From Nitrosopumilus sp. (GTDB lineage Archaea; Thermoproteota; Nitrososphaeria; Nitrososphaerales; Nitrosopumilaceae): DNA of 64,000 nucleotides. The stretch spans positions 1,312,001 to 1,376,000 of the forward strand of contig OZ245040.1 in NCBI GenBank assembly GCA_965224195.1, given 5' to 3'. The translations under genes were made by a program, and so were the position numbers. Positions 43,598 through 53,660 of the stretch are shown here, piece by piece. The notes beneath the pieces are model-generated. The model did not search any database. It saw nothing but the letters and a program-made list of their open reading frames with translations, and was not told the origin of the DNA. Each line of letters starts with the position of its first letter. The first letter of the stretch is position 1.

Positions 43598-44956
43598 TTG
43601 AAGTTTGTAGTTGATCAACATGTAGAGGACATTGAGATGCCTGAAAATCTCAAATTAAACACGTTTTTACAGGAATTCCATTCTGATTGCCCTCATTCTG
43701 AATGTAGTTTTGGATTCTATGGATTTGCATTTGGACAGTCTCCATTTCCAGTTCCTAAACAAATTCAAGAGGCGCTAATCAAAAATGCTGACAAAGGTGC
43801 ATATGCTGCAGTTCCTGGAATCCCTGAATTAAGATCTGCCATATCCAAATACAATAAACATTATTTTGGAATGGACGTAGCTCCTGAAAGAATCTATGTT
43901 GGCCCTGGCACTAAAGAACTAATTTTTAATCTTTTAGAGATTTTACATGGGACTGTGATATTGCCAACTCCTGCATGGTTAGGATATCTTCCACAAATTA
44001 GATTTTTGAAAAAAAACTACCACATGCTACCTACTCGTGCAAATAAAAAAATTTCTCCAAACGATTTGAGAAAATTAGCATTACGATTACAAGACCGACA
44101 AAAGATTCTGATACTAAATAATCCTCATAATCCTACTGGTCTATTGTATGATGAATTAGAATTAGAAGAAATAGCAGATGTGTGCAGAGAACAAAACATA
44201 GCAGTAATTTCTGATGAGATTTACGCTCTTACTACATATGATTTTTCAAAATTTGTAAGTATGGGAAAAATTTACCCTGAAGGGACCTTTGTAACAAACG
44301 GATTATCAAAATCTCATGCTGCAGGAGGATATAGACTAGGATATGTTATTTTCCCACAACATGCTATTGATCTAAGAAGACAATTTAAAAAAATACTTGC
44401 AACTGAATACACTGCGGTATCTACTCCAATACAACATGCTGCTGTTGCAGGATTTGAAATCACTAAAGAAATGGATGAATATTTTGATGTAACTCGAAAC
44501 ATTCATCAAATAATGGGGGACTATACTTATCATGCTTTAACTGCTATAGATGGTGTCAAAGCAACAAAACCTGATGCGACATTTTATCTCTTGGCTGATT
44601 TTAATGCATTTGCAACTGATTTACAAAAAGCAAAAATTAATACATCTCAAAAATTATCTGAATCTCTGATTATTCATCCTTATCATACTGCAATTGTTGG
44701 TGGAGATAGTCTTGTTTTGGAAAGAACTGATTTTAGTGCTAGAATTGCATATGTTGATTATGATGGAGCCAAAGTATACCAAAAATATCTTGAAAACAAA
44801 CCAAAATCTCATTCTGAAAAAATGGAATTTGTAAAAAAGAATGCTCCAAAAGTTGTAGCAGGCATTGACATGATTGCTGATTTCTTTACTAATCTTAGAA
44901 AAGACACACTACAAGAATTACAGGTTAAAAAAAATTCCATGATTGCTTCAAATTAA
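43598..44956 (+). CDS. PLP-dependent class I/II aminotransferase
   Basis: NNPHNPTG, DEIY and GLSKSHAAGGYRLG motifs. Confidence 0.92.
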   Translation: MKFVVDQHVEDIEMPENLKLNTFLQEFHSDCPHSECSFGFYGFAFGQSPFPVPKQIQEALIKNADKGAYAAVPGIPELRSAISKYNKHYFGMDVAPERIYVGPGTKELIFNLLEILHGTVILPTPAWLGYLPQIRFLKKNYHMLPTRANKKISPNDLRKLALRLQDRQKILILNNPHNPTGLLYDELELEEIADVCREQNIAVISDEIYALTTYDFSKFVSMGKIYPEGTFVTNGLSKSHAAGGYRLGYVIFPQHAIDLRRQFKKILATEYTAVSTPIQHAAVAGFEITKEMDEYFDVTRNIHQIMGDYTYHALTAIDGVKATKPDATFYLLADFNAFATDLQKAKINTSQKLSESLIIHPYHTAIVGGDSLVLERTDFSARIAYVDYDGAKVYQKYLENKPKSHSEKMEFVKKNAPKVVAGIDMIADFFTNLRKDTLQELQVKKNSMIASN

Positions 44957-44998
44957 TTTCAATTTTTCATATTCATCTATGTTTATTATATGCAAAAG

Positions 44999-45682
44999 TT
45001 AAATGCCAATTTCTTTTTTTTCGACAGATCTATTATTTTCTGATGCATTGATAGGTTTTTTTGGAATTTTAAAAAAGAATGTTGTTTGAATATTTTCTTC
45101 ACTTTCAACCCAAATTTTACCTCCTAAACCTTCAACGATACCTTTACAAATTGCTAAACCTAAACCGCTCCCTTCTTTTTTCCTCTTTGATGGTGTATCT
45201 ACTTGATAGAATTTTTTAAATAATTCCTTTTGGTTTTCATCTGGAATTCCTAAACCATTATCTTGAATAAAAAATTCTATATTTTTTAAATTATTTTTCA
45301 TTCCTATTACAACACATCCTGTATTTGGAGAAACATAATCTATTGAATTTTTAATTAAATTAGAAAATACTTGATTGATCCTATCTTTGTCACTAAGAAT
45401 TTGAATATCTTCATTGAAATTTGCAGTTATTTCTATTTTTTTCTCAATTGCTATTGGATCAAATTCTTTAATTAACCCATGTAGTAACTCTGAAACATCT
45501 ATATTTTCTTCATTAAAAACCAATTTTCCTAAATCTAATTTTTGTGTTGTTAAAATATCTCCAATTAATTTTTCTAGTTTAATTGTTGATGTATAAATCT
45601 CATCTACTGCATCTCTTTGACTTTCATTTAATTTTCCAAATAATTCTTCTTTTTGTAACATTTGGACAAGTTCAAAGAACAT
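44999..45682 (-). pseudogene. Histidine kinase fragment (HATPase_c without H-box or sensor)
   Basis: N-box QVFSNLIKNS, DNGLG, F-box and GSGLGL present; no phospho-acceptor His motif. Confidence 0.7.
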
Positions 45683-45772
45683 TCATCTCTAATAATATAA
45701 TACAATATTACTTGTTAGAATCAAACTCGTCTTCCTCTTTATATACAAAATTACCTTAGTTTTTCTATAGAT

Positions 45773-46509
45773 ATGGATTCAACCTATTCTAAAATAAAAA
45801 CAGCAATTCCGGGAGTAGATTCCGTAATATCTGGCGGATTAAAGCCTGGATGTTCAGTAACTGTGTCAGGACCTCCTGGTAGTGGAAAAACCACCTTTGG
45901 CTTACAATTTTTACATTCAGGAGCAAATAACTTTGATGAATCTGGGATTTACGTTACACTATCTCAAAATATTGAAGAGGTGAAAAAGGACTGTAAATTA
46001 TATGGCTGGGACTTTGATAATTTGATATCTCAGGATAAGATATTGATGATTGATGCTAGGCCATTCAAAATGCAAGACGAATTGATTGGCAAAGATGACT
46101 CATTATATCGTGGAGAGCAATTACCGTTTGAACATTTAACAAAATTGATACTTAGCAGTATTAAACGAGTTGAAGCTAAAAGAGTTGTAATTGATTCTGT
46201 TACAATTCTTGCCATGCAATATTCGGATAAATTTTACATGAGACAAGGATTACAGGGAATGGTTCAGGCATTAGAAAATTTTGGAGTTACTAGTTTGATA
46301 CTATCAGAATATTCTGAAAATAACGAAATCCCATTAGGTGGTTTGTAACTTCTGGAATTATTCATTTACGTCATACTAGAATTGAAGATACGATGGAGAG
46401 AACAATTCAAGTCACCAAAATGAGGGGAATTAAACATAGTGAACAAATTCACCCAATCGATCTTAATTCTGACGGCTTACAATTATTGCATCCGAGATTA
46501 ATGCCTTGA
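45773..46509 (+). pseudogene. KaiC/RAD55-like ATPase, frameshifted near 46338
   Basis: GPPGSGKT and VVIDS motifs; shifted frame continues WFVTSGII...TKMRGIKHS to TGA at 46509. Confidence 0.8.
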
Positions 46510-47733
46510 TTATTTCTTTTTTCTAATTTGCTGTGCAATTAATGGTAAAAAGGCTCCAACATCAGATACAATTCCTAATGCTTGCCAAGTTCCTCTATCC
46601 ATAAGTTTAGTGACAGTTGGTTGACTGATATCTACAACAATCACTTTAACATTTGCTGGAAGCATATTCCCTGTTGCAATAGAATGTAACATGGTAGAAA
46701 TCATAATAACCATACTTGCATCTTTTAGTACTTTTTTGTATTCTCTTTGAGCTTGTGCAACATCTATAATTACATCTGGTAATGGTCCGTCATCTCTAAT
46801 AGATCCTGCTAATACGAATGGTACTTTGTTTTTTACACATTCATACATTATTCCTTTGGTTAATTTTTTACTTTTTACCATGTTTGCAATAGAGCCTGCT
46901 TTGAACACTGCATTGATTGTATCCATATGATTCCTATGTCCATGATATGCTAGTGTTGCATCATGCACATTCATTCCTAAAGACGTGCCTAACGTCGCAT
47001 ATTCGATATCATGCACAGCTAATGCATTTCCAGCTAAAACTCCGTCAATGTATCCTAATCTAATTAATTCTGATACTGAATCATCTGCACCCGTGTGGAC
47101 AATCGCAGGACCGCCAACAATTATAATTTTTCCTCCATTCTTTTTTGTATTGTAAATATCATCTGCAACTTGTTTTGCAATATGTTGTGTTGGTCTTTCA
47201 CTAGAGTTTGAGCTTCCCATAAATTCAAAAACATTAACTCCACCCCTTGGGCGTTCTGGTGGTGTAATTTTGATACCGTTCTCACCTACAATTATTTGAT
47301 CACCTTTTTTTACATCTCTAACTGTAACACAAAATGCCCTGTTCCCTTTTACAACTATGCATTTATCCATCATCATGTTTTCTACTTGAATCCACTTTTC
47401 TTTATGAAAAACTTGAGTATGGTTATTTGTTGTACTGTAAAAGTTATCTGGCATGACATAATTTTTTGGAGATTTTTTTAAAGTGATTTGTTGTTGGATT
47501 TTTGATACTGCTCCTAATCTGTACACTGTCTCTAAAATTTCATCTAGGTGTTTTTGATTTTTCCCTGTAATTAATAATCGTGCAAATGATTGATCTTTTT
47601 TCTTTTTTCCAATTTCTATTTCTTGAACCTCAAATTCTCCTTGTAAATCCATAATTTTATCAAAAATCTTAGTCAAAATTGAAGAATCAATTAAATGTCC
47701 TTCTACTTCAATTTCTTGAAAAAATTTACTCAT
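46510..47733 (-). CDS. TIGR00300 / LOR-SDH-like protein (ornithine cyclodeaminase-like)
   Basis: GHLIDS, PDNFYSTTN, GNALAVHDIE and GSIRDDGPLP motifs. Confidence 0.88.
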   Translation of the reverse strand: MSKFFQEIEVEGHLIDSSILTKIFDKIMDLQGEFEVQEIEIGKKKKDQSFARLLITGKNQKHLDEILETVYRLGAVSKIQQQITLKKSPKNYVMPDNFYSTTNNHTQVFHKEKWIQVENMMMDKCIVVKGNRAFCVTVRDVKKGDQIIVGENGIKITPPERPRGGVNVFEFMGSSNSSERPTQHIAKQVADDIYNTKKNGGKIIIVGGPAIVHTGADDSVSELIRLGYIDGVLAGNALAVHDIEYATLGTSLGMNVHDATLAYHGHRNHMDTINAVFKAGSIANMVKSKKLTKGIMYECVKNKVPFVLAGSIRDDGPLPDVIIDVAQAQREYKKVLKDASMVIMISTMLHSIATGNMLPANVKVIVVDISQPTVTKLMDRGTWQALGIVSDVGAFLPLIAQQIRKKK

Positions 47734-47784
47734 TTATTACGTCTGAACTATATCATAACTAAAGCTTACGTTTTTTTTGTGAGC

Positions 47785-48162
47785 CTAAATAGGTAAGATT
47801 ACTTTACCTTCAAACTTTGGAATATTGTCTGATTGGAATGCTTTTTCCAATATTTCTTTCTGTTCTTTAGTGACCCCCTGAACAATTGTTTTAGACGCAC
47901 CTGTTTTATCCACTAGTGCAAGAATATAGCCACTATTATCAGTCAGTACAAAACCTGCTGATTCATCAACAAATGCATATAGATTTTCTTTGCCAACAGG
48001 TGACCATATGTTCGATTTATTTGCAGCAAGAGCTAATGCGGGCATGGCTTTACCATTTGTTAAAGTGTTAAGGTATTCTCTTGCCTCTGCTACTCTCTTT
48101 TGACCTAATTTTAAAGCCTGAAAATATTGCATGATTCCAACTAATGTAATTGTTATAACCAT
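47785..48162 (-). CDS. Conserved hypothetical protein
   Basis: ORF; likely start at MQYFQ. Confidence 0.75.
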   Translation of the reverse strand: MVITITLVGIMQYFQALKLGQKRVAEAREYLNTLTNGKAMPALALAANKSNIWSPVGKENLYAFVDESAGFVLTDNSGYILALVDKTGASKTIVQGVTKEQKEILEKAFQSDNIPKFEGKVILPI

Positions 48163-48209
48163 TTTACTTCTACTAAAGATTTGTATATAATCTCAAAACA
48201 ATACAAAAT

Positions 48210-48503
48210 ATGCCTCTGACAAATAATGTGATTGTCAAATTAAATGAAATTACTACTATTGTTGAAGATAAATCAAAACTTACAGAATCTGAAATTAATG
48301 AAATTAAATTAATTTTCAAAGAACTGGTTGAAAAAAATGAGCGATATGATCTTGATGAAATAGAATTTTGGTTTAAAAATGAAGGTAATTGGACTACTAG
48401 GGAACCTCGAATTAGAATAGTAAATCTTGCAAATTATGTCCAAGACAAATATCAACAAACAGCCCATCTTAGAATCATATCTGATGATGATTGTGGTTGT
48501 TGA
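48210..48503 (+). CDS. Conserved hypothetical protein
   Basis: 97-aa ORF. Confidence 0.75.
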   Translation: MPLTNNVIVKLNEITTIVEDKSKLTESEINEIKLIFKELVEKNERYDLDEIEFWFKNEGNWTTREPRIRIVNLANYVQDKYQQTAHLRIISDDDCGC

Positions 48504-48505
48504 AA

Positions 48506-48745
48506 CTAAGTCTCTAATTTTTCTAACAATCTGCCAACAATTTTAGCATTTTCTGTTCGCTCATCCATTATTACTTTAATCCGAATATCATTTTTGGTGC
48601 CATTTGAAATTATTTGGAAATATTCTTCATCTAGATCATTATTTGCTTGTAACCTTTTGATTACTTCAAATAATATTCCTATGACTTGTTTTTGAGCATC
48701 AATTAATTCATCTTTTTCAGCTTCTGACATGTTATTTACTCTCAA
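48506..48745 (-). CDS. Hypothetical protein
   Basis: Coupled to the HD-domain gene. Confidence 0.7.
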   Translation of the reverse strand: MRVNNMSEAEKDELIDAQKQVIGILFEVIKRLQANNDLDEEYFQIISNGTKNDIRIKVIMDERTENAKIVGRLLEKLET

Positions 48746-49265
48746 TTATATTTCTAAATAATTCTTTTAGTTTTGGATTGGTAATCCCTTTCTTTGCAGA
48801 TTGATAAAATGATTCTAGTTGTTCTTTAGAATAACCTCCCTCTTGGTATATTTTGGCTTGTAGGGCCATCTCTAATCTATCAAGTTGATGTACTATCTGA
48901 GATTCGGGAGAACTATTTTCCCGATATTCTTTCCACAAGTTCTCATATTGAGATTTTATTGAATTAGGCAAATCTTCTAAAATTTTTAAAAATGCAGTAT
49001 TTTCAATTTTATTCTTTTTCTCAAAATCTATCTGACCTGGAGTATAATCTCCTATTTTTGATTCAGCTAAATCATGTAGTAATATCATCTTGAGAATTTT
49101 CTCTGAATTGTAATTTTCCATATCCGATACTATCATACCCATCATTGCCATGGAATACGAATGATCAGCAACTGATTCAGGATTCGCTATAGATAATTTA
49201 TCAATCCATCCTTGCCGTAGAATTTTTTTTAAACCTATAGCAGTTTTGAAAAAATCTATTATCAT
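48732..49265 (-). CDS. HD-domain 5'-deoxynucleotidase-like hydrolase
   Basis: RQGW, ESVADHS, LHDLAE..GD and DRLE motifs. Confidence 0.92.
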   Translation of the reverse strand: MIIDFFKTAIGLKKILRQGWIDKLSIANPESVADHSYSMAMMGMIVSDMENYNSEKILKMILLHDLAESKIGDYTPGQIDFEKKNKIENTAFLKILEDLPNSIKSQYENLWKEYRENSSPESQIVHQLDRLEMALQAKIYQEGGYSKEQLESFYQSAKKGITNPKLKELFRNIIESK

Positions 49266-49854
49266 GATATTACATCATTTCGAATCACATAATAGTTATT
49301 TCAAATTTAGTAAATTATTGAAAATCTACACTAAAACGGGAGATGATGGAAATACAGGCTTGCAAGGAAATTACAGAATAGGCAAATCTCATCCCAGAAT
49401 AATTTCATATGGTACGGTAGATGAGGCAAATGCTGCACTTGGCATTGTTTTATCAAATTTACTAGATAGTGATGTAAATGCTGTTTTGACTGAAATTCAA
49501 AATGATTTATTTTTGCTTGGTGCTGATCTTTCTAATCCCAATCTTAATGATCTTAAAAATAGAGTTTCTTTAGAAATGATAGAAAAATTGGAACAATATA
49601 TTGATAAATTTGAACTAGAATTGCCCCCTTTGACAAATTTTATACTACCAGGAGGGGATCCTTCTGCTGCACAATTACATTATGTGAGAACTGTTGTGAG
49701 AAGGGCAGAATCACAAACTGTTCTACTTAGTGAAAAAGACGAAATTAACTCAAATTGTATAAAATATCTTAATCGTTTATCTGATCTATTTTTTGTAATG
49801 GGTCGTCTTATCAATAAAAGAAAAAACATAGACGATATTCCTTGGAAGATCTGA
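49246..49854 (+). CDS. pduO: PduO-type cob(I)alamin adenosyltransferase
   Basis: KIYTKTGDDG.T, GTVDE, FILPGG and YLNRLSDL motifs; likely start TTG at 49318. Confidence 0.93.
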   Translation: MKKSIIMILHHFESHNSYFKFSKLLKIYTKTGDDGNTGLQGNYRIGKSHPRIISYGTVDEANAALGIVLSNLLDSDVNAVLTEIQNDLFLLGADLSNPNLNDLKNRVSLEMIEKLEQYIDKFELELPPLTNFILPGGDPSAAQLHYVRTVVRRAESQTVLLSEKDEINSNCIKYLNRLSDLFFVMGRLINKRKNIDDIPWKI

Positions 49855-49897
49855 AAAGACAAACTTTAATTCCTCAACATTATTCATTTTTTTAAGT

Positions 49898-49974
49898 GCC
49901 GAGGTAGCTCAGCCTGGAAGAGCACTCGGCTGAAGACCGGGCTGTCGCTTGTTCAAATCATGCCCTCGGCACCA
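49898..49974 (+). tRNA. tRNA-Phe (GAA) with encoded CCA
   Basis: Acceptor stem GCCGAGG/CCTCGGC, anticodon loop CTGAAGA, T-loop TTCAAAT. Confidence 0.93.
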
Positions 49975-50473
49975 TTTTACATTGAAAAGGCATAGGTCTA
50001 TTTTTGAAATCCCCCTTCAATATTATTAAAAAACTTGATATTGTCAAATTGATAAAATCTTACATAGCACTACCATGTAATTTCTTAAAAGTTATTTTTA
50101 AGATAATTTAGTAATTTTCAAATAAGAGTAAACCTACAATTCAAAGTAATGGTACAATGATATTTTCAAATAGTGTATCTGTAACTAATGTATCTGTATC
50201 TGGCATATACCTCATAATATTATACCATTATGCGGGAGATGATATTATTGGTATTGATTATTCTTTACCTTTTATGGTTAGTTAACAATAATCATAACAC
50301 ATGTGGTTCTGTCAAGTTTTGAGGATCAGAACACTATAGTCTGTCAGAACCATTTCTTTGAGAGATTCGACATGACTTTGATTATTTTAGCTCAATTTCC
50401 AATCCTCTTTTCAAGAATTTAAGACAAGACCAGACAAGCTGGCAGAACCCAAAAATAGGAAATATTATTTACT

Positions 50474-51665
50474 GTAAAAATTAAAGTTTGGTGTGAACTG
50501 CCTTTTTTTATACTTGCATTGGCTCTAGTCGGAGTCTCATCTGTGGCATATGCTGATAATACGCCGCAAGGCGTATCACTAACACGTAACGATAATGGCA
50601 CGGCCACACTGTCATGAAATGCACAAGATGGTGTTACTCAATACATCATAAAGAGTGCCTGTCTAGCTACCACAAATAATGATGGTAGTAAAATAAAGGG
50701 CAAAATAGCACTAGATGGTGATGTACAATCACATACCTTTGATGCTGCTGATGAGAAATCTTGCAAGGTTAGTATCCGTACATTAGATGAAAATAATGTC
50801 AGATCAGACAATGTAAAGATAGTCATGGCAAGTAACGAGTCCACTGGAGAGTTAGTACAGGATATCAACAACAGATACACTCGTACGCCTAGCTTTGACC
50901 AAGGTCTAAAGCCAACCTCTGTAACTGCTACGGCATGGCCTGATGATACAGCAACTGTAACATGGGCTACACCATCAAACACTGGTGGTAGAACCGTTGA
51001 GTCATACAATGTAAAGGAGACAGCTGACTGCTTTAACAACTTGGCACATTCTGAACCAACATATGAAGAAAGTGTTGATGGCAATACCTTGAGCATTGAG
51101 ACTGGTCCGGCATCACCAAACGCTGATGACTGCATATTTCAGGTTCAAGCAGTCTATGCTGGCGACCTTCAATCTATGTGGTCTTCACGTACAGGCACAG
51201 ATACCTCATACCGCGATGCATATGGCGGCGGCAAGCTAGGAAAAGTCACAAGCTTTTCTGCCACAGCAGTAAAGGATGGTAACGGTGCAGACTTTACAGT
51301 AGAGTGGAATCCACCTGCAAACGTTAGTGACGTTCCAGTAGACAGATACCATGTCAATTTATGTGTAGAGTCTAGCAAGTCAAAATACAGTCAGATCCTC
51401 TCAGGAGGTGATGCCTCGTACACTGCTACAATAAGTGACGTGTCCAAAGACGAATTCCGCCATCCCGCTCCAAGCCATTGAGATCCCATCCTATCGCGCT
51501 ACAATAAGTGACGTGTCCAAAGACGAATTCCGCCAAACCAAGTTCTATTCTTCTGGCACGGATTTCACGAATGCGGAAAAAACCAAACGTGGTGAGGTAA
51601 TTCTCGACGCCAACGATCCTTTTGTGTGTACTGTTACAGTAACTGCAGTAGGTGAAGGCAACTAG
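50474..51665 (+). pseudogene. Secreted fibronectin type III repeat protein, disrupted
   Basis: Signal-like segment; ATLS*NA (TGA at 50615), ATVTWATP..YNV and VEWNPP..YHV; frameshifting insert at 51463; ends at the IS. Confidence 0.75.
51425..51535 (+). repeat. 38-bp exact direct repeat (51425-51462 and 51498-51535) enclosing a unique 35-bp insert
   Basis: GCTACAATAAGTGACGTGTCCAAAGACGAATTCCGCCA occurs twice around TCCCGCTCCAAGCCATTGAGATCCCATCCTATCGC. Confidence 0.95.
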
Positions 51666-52731
51666 ATGAGTTGCGTAATTACAAACAAAAATCTAACTTT
51701 TCTGTCATTTAATTCTTAATTTTATGGAATTGCAATGAATTCTTCTTTCCATTTAATCTTGAAACTGACAGTCCCACAAACAATTTCACTTATCACATCA
51801 TATCTGCATAATTTGTTTCTAAACACATCGCGATTTATCCGAAATTGCCTGACTTGTGCAATGACACGTTCAACTTTTATTCTAATTTTTGACCGCATCC
51901 TGTTCCACTTCTTTTGAGTAACAGTCAATTTTTTTCCTTTCTTTTTCTTGTATGGCAAAACACTTGCCTGTTCTAGAAAGTCTTTTTCCATCCCCAAATA
52001 TCCAAGATCATAAGACTGCGACAACCCTTCAGACAATGTTGGATGCTTTGATTTGTAAATTCTGCAATCATGATGGCTGCCAGGCGAATGTGCAGATTTG
52101 TGGACTGTTATCCCATCAAGATTTATGGTGACTTGATTTTGTACTGCATGTTTTTTCTTTTTGCCTGAATGGCGTGTCCTTCTTTTCTTTTTGTTTTTTG
52201 GTCTTGGGATGGGCTGTTCTGTGCCATCAGTGATTGCAATTAATTCCGGAAAGAATTCTTGCAATTCCTGCATGCCGTTAATCTTTTTTGAATCTGCATA
52301 TTTTTTGGCAGCAATTATAATGGACTGCTTCACTGCAGGCTCCAAACATCTGATGTTTCTCATTACGTTTGGTTTATCCAAATCAAACATCATCCCTGGC
52401 ATGTCATATGTTGTGTACATTCTGTAGTACATGAAAAACATTAGAATTCTGCCTTTGAAGGACAAGTCAAACTTGTGTCCTGCACCAATGTCCCTTTCTC
52501 TATTTTTGGACAATCCCTTTTGTTCTGCAGTTTTGCAATTTTTCTTTGTTTCCTTGTATAGGGAATCAAATTGTGGAACAGTTAGTCCTGCTATTGACAG
52601 GAATTGCTTTGGTTTTTTTGCCAGTTTTGTGCAATTAAACATGAATTGAAAATAATTCAGCCTTAGCTTTGGATCTTATGATTAGAAAATGTTGAGATTA
52701 TGCTCAAATTGGACTAGTTGCACAACTCATC
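51665..52731 (-). mobile_element. Full-length IS5-family (ISL2-group-like) insertion sequence
   Basis: Terminal inverted repeats GATGAGTTGCGTAATTA and TAGTTGCACAACTCATC, TA on both flanks. Confidence 0.92.
51722..52642 (-). CDS. DDE transposase (HTH_Tnp_4 plus DDE_Tnp_4-like)
   Basis: DGTEQP, DLGYLG and RIKVERVI catalytic triad motifs. Confidence 0.9.
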   Translation of the reverse strand: MFNCTKLAKKPKQFLSIAGLTVPQFDSLYKETKKNCKTAEQKGLSKNRERDIGAGHKFDLSFKGRILMFFMYYRMYTTYDMPGMMFDLDKPNVMRNIRCLEPAVKQSIIIAAKKYADSKKINGMQELQEFFPELIAITDGTEQPIPRPKNKKKRRTRHSGKKKKHAVQNQVTINLDGITVHKSAHSPGSHHDCRIYKSKHPTLSEGLSQSYDLGYLGMEKDFLEQASVLPYKKKKGKKLTVTQKKWNRMRSKIRIKVERVIAQVRQFRINRDVFRNKLCRYDVISEIVCGTVSFKIKWKEEFIAIP

Positions 52732-53060
52732 TACATCAGAATTGATGCCAGGTAGACAAATGATAGATAATTCTCACAGTTCTTTTCACAACGAATTCTA
52801 GTCTTGTGAGATCCACATTTGAGCCAGGCAAAGAATCCCTCAACTACAAATCCTGTCTTGTTGTAATTGCTGTAACTATACTTTTCATTGCTGCTTTTCT
52901 TGAAATTTCTTTTTGGAATGCATGGGGTGATGTTTCTATTCTTCAAACAATCTCTGATTGTCATACTGTCATATCGCCCCTTTTTTAAAATGGATAGATG
53001 AGGAATCAACTGATGCTTTTTGCAGGTTGATCTTGTTTTGCTTGTGTCACCATGATGTAT
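52732..53060 (-). mobile_element. Degraded IS5-family copy of the 23257-23865 type, 3' end cut by the ISL2-like element
   Basis: FVVEGFFAWLK...IRCEKNCENYL. Confidence 0.8.
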
Positions 53061-53099
53061 TCCGACTAGGCTCTATTCCTACAGATGTAATCTCAGGCA

Positions 53100-53581
53100 T
53101 GCATTTACAAAACGCTCAGCAGGATCTGACATGAAAACACAATTAATTTGTGCAGTTGTAATCCAACATCATCCCATATCTCATGACACAAAGCATTTCC
53201 CAAAATTATTCTCTCAAATGCTTGATATCATTTCAATGAATGTTATGGTGTCAGACAAGGGATATGATGCAGAACCCGTACACAAGATGATTCGAAATGA
53301 GAATGTTCTATCTATGATTCCTGTAAGAAACAAAGACTGCCTGATTGGCAGAACAAAAGGAGGATACAGAAAATTGATGAGGCAAGAATTTGATTGTTCA
53401 TTGTACCATGAGCGAAACAAGACTGAGACGATATTTTCTGTAGTTAAAAGAAGGTTTGACTCTGAAATCAAGTCGTATGATAATACCATAAAGACAAAAG
53501 AGCTGGCTGTACCGTGTGCTGGCTTGTTGTCACAGGACGTGTGTCATTTCCTTGGTTTGGATTGTGGTTTCCAGGAAGCCT
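53100..53581 (+). mobile_element. Remnant of a distinct IS5/IS4-like DDE transposase
   Basis: HDTKHF, SDKGYDAE and YHERNKTETIFSVVKRRF motifs. Confidence 0.8.
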
Positions 53582-53660
53582 CTAAATCAGAATATTTCAC
53601 ATATTATTTAGATAAAAGTGAGACTAGGTTGTTTTTCATCTAAAAATAACTTCACACAAT

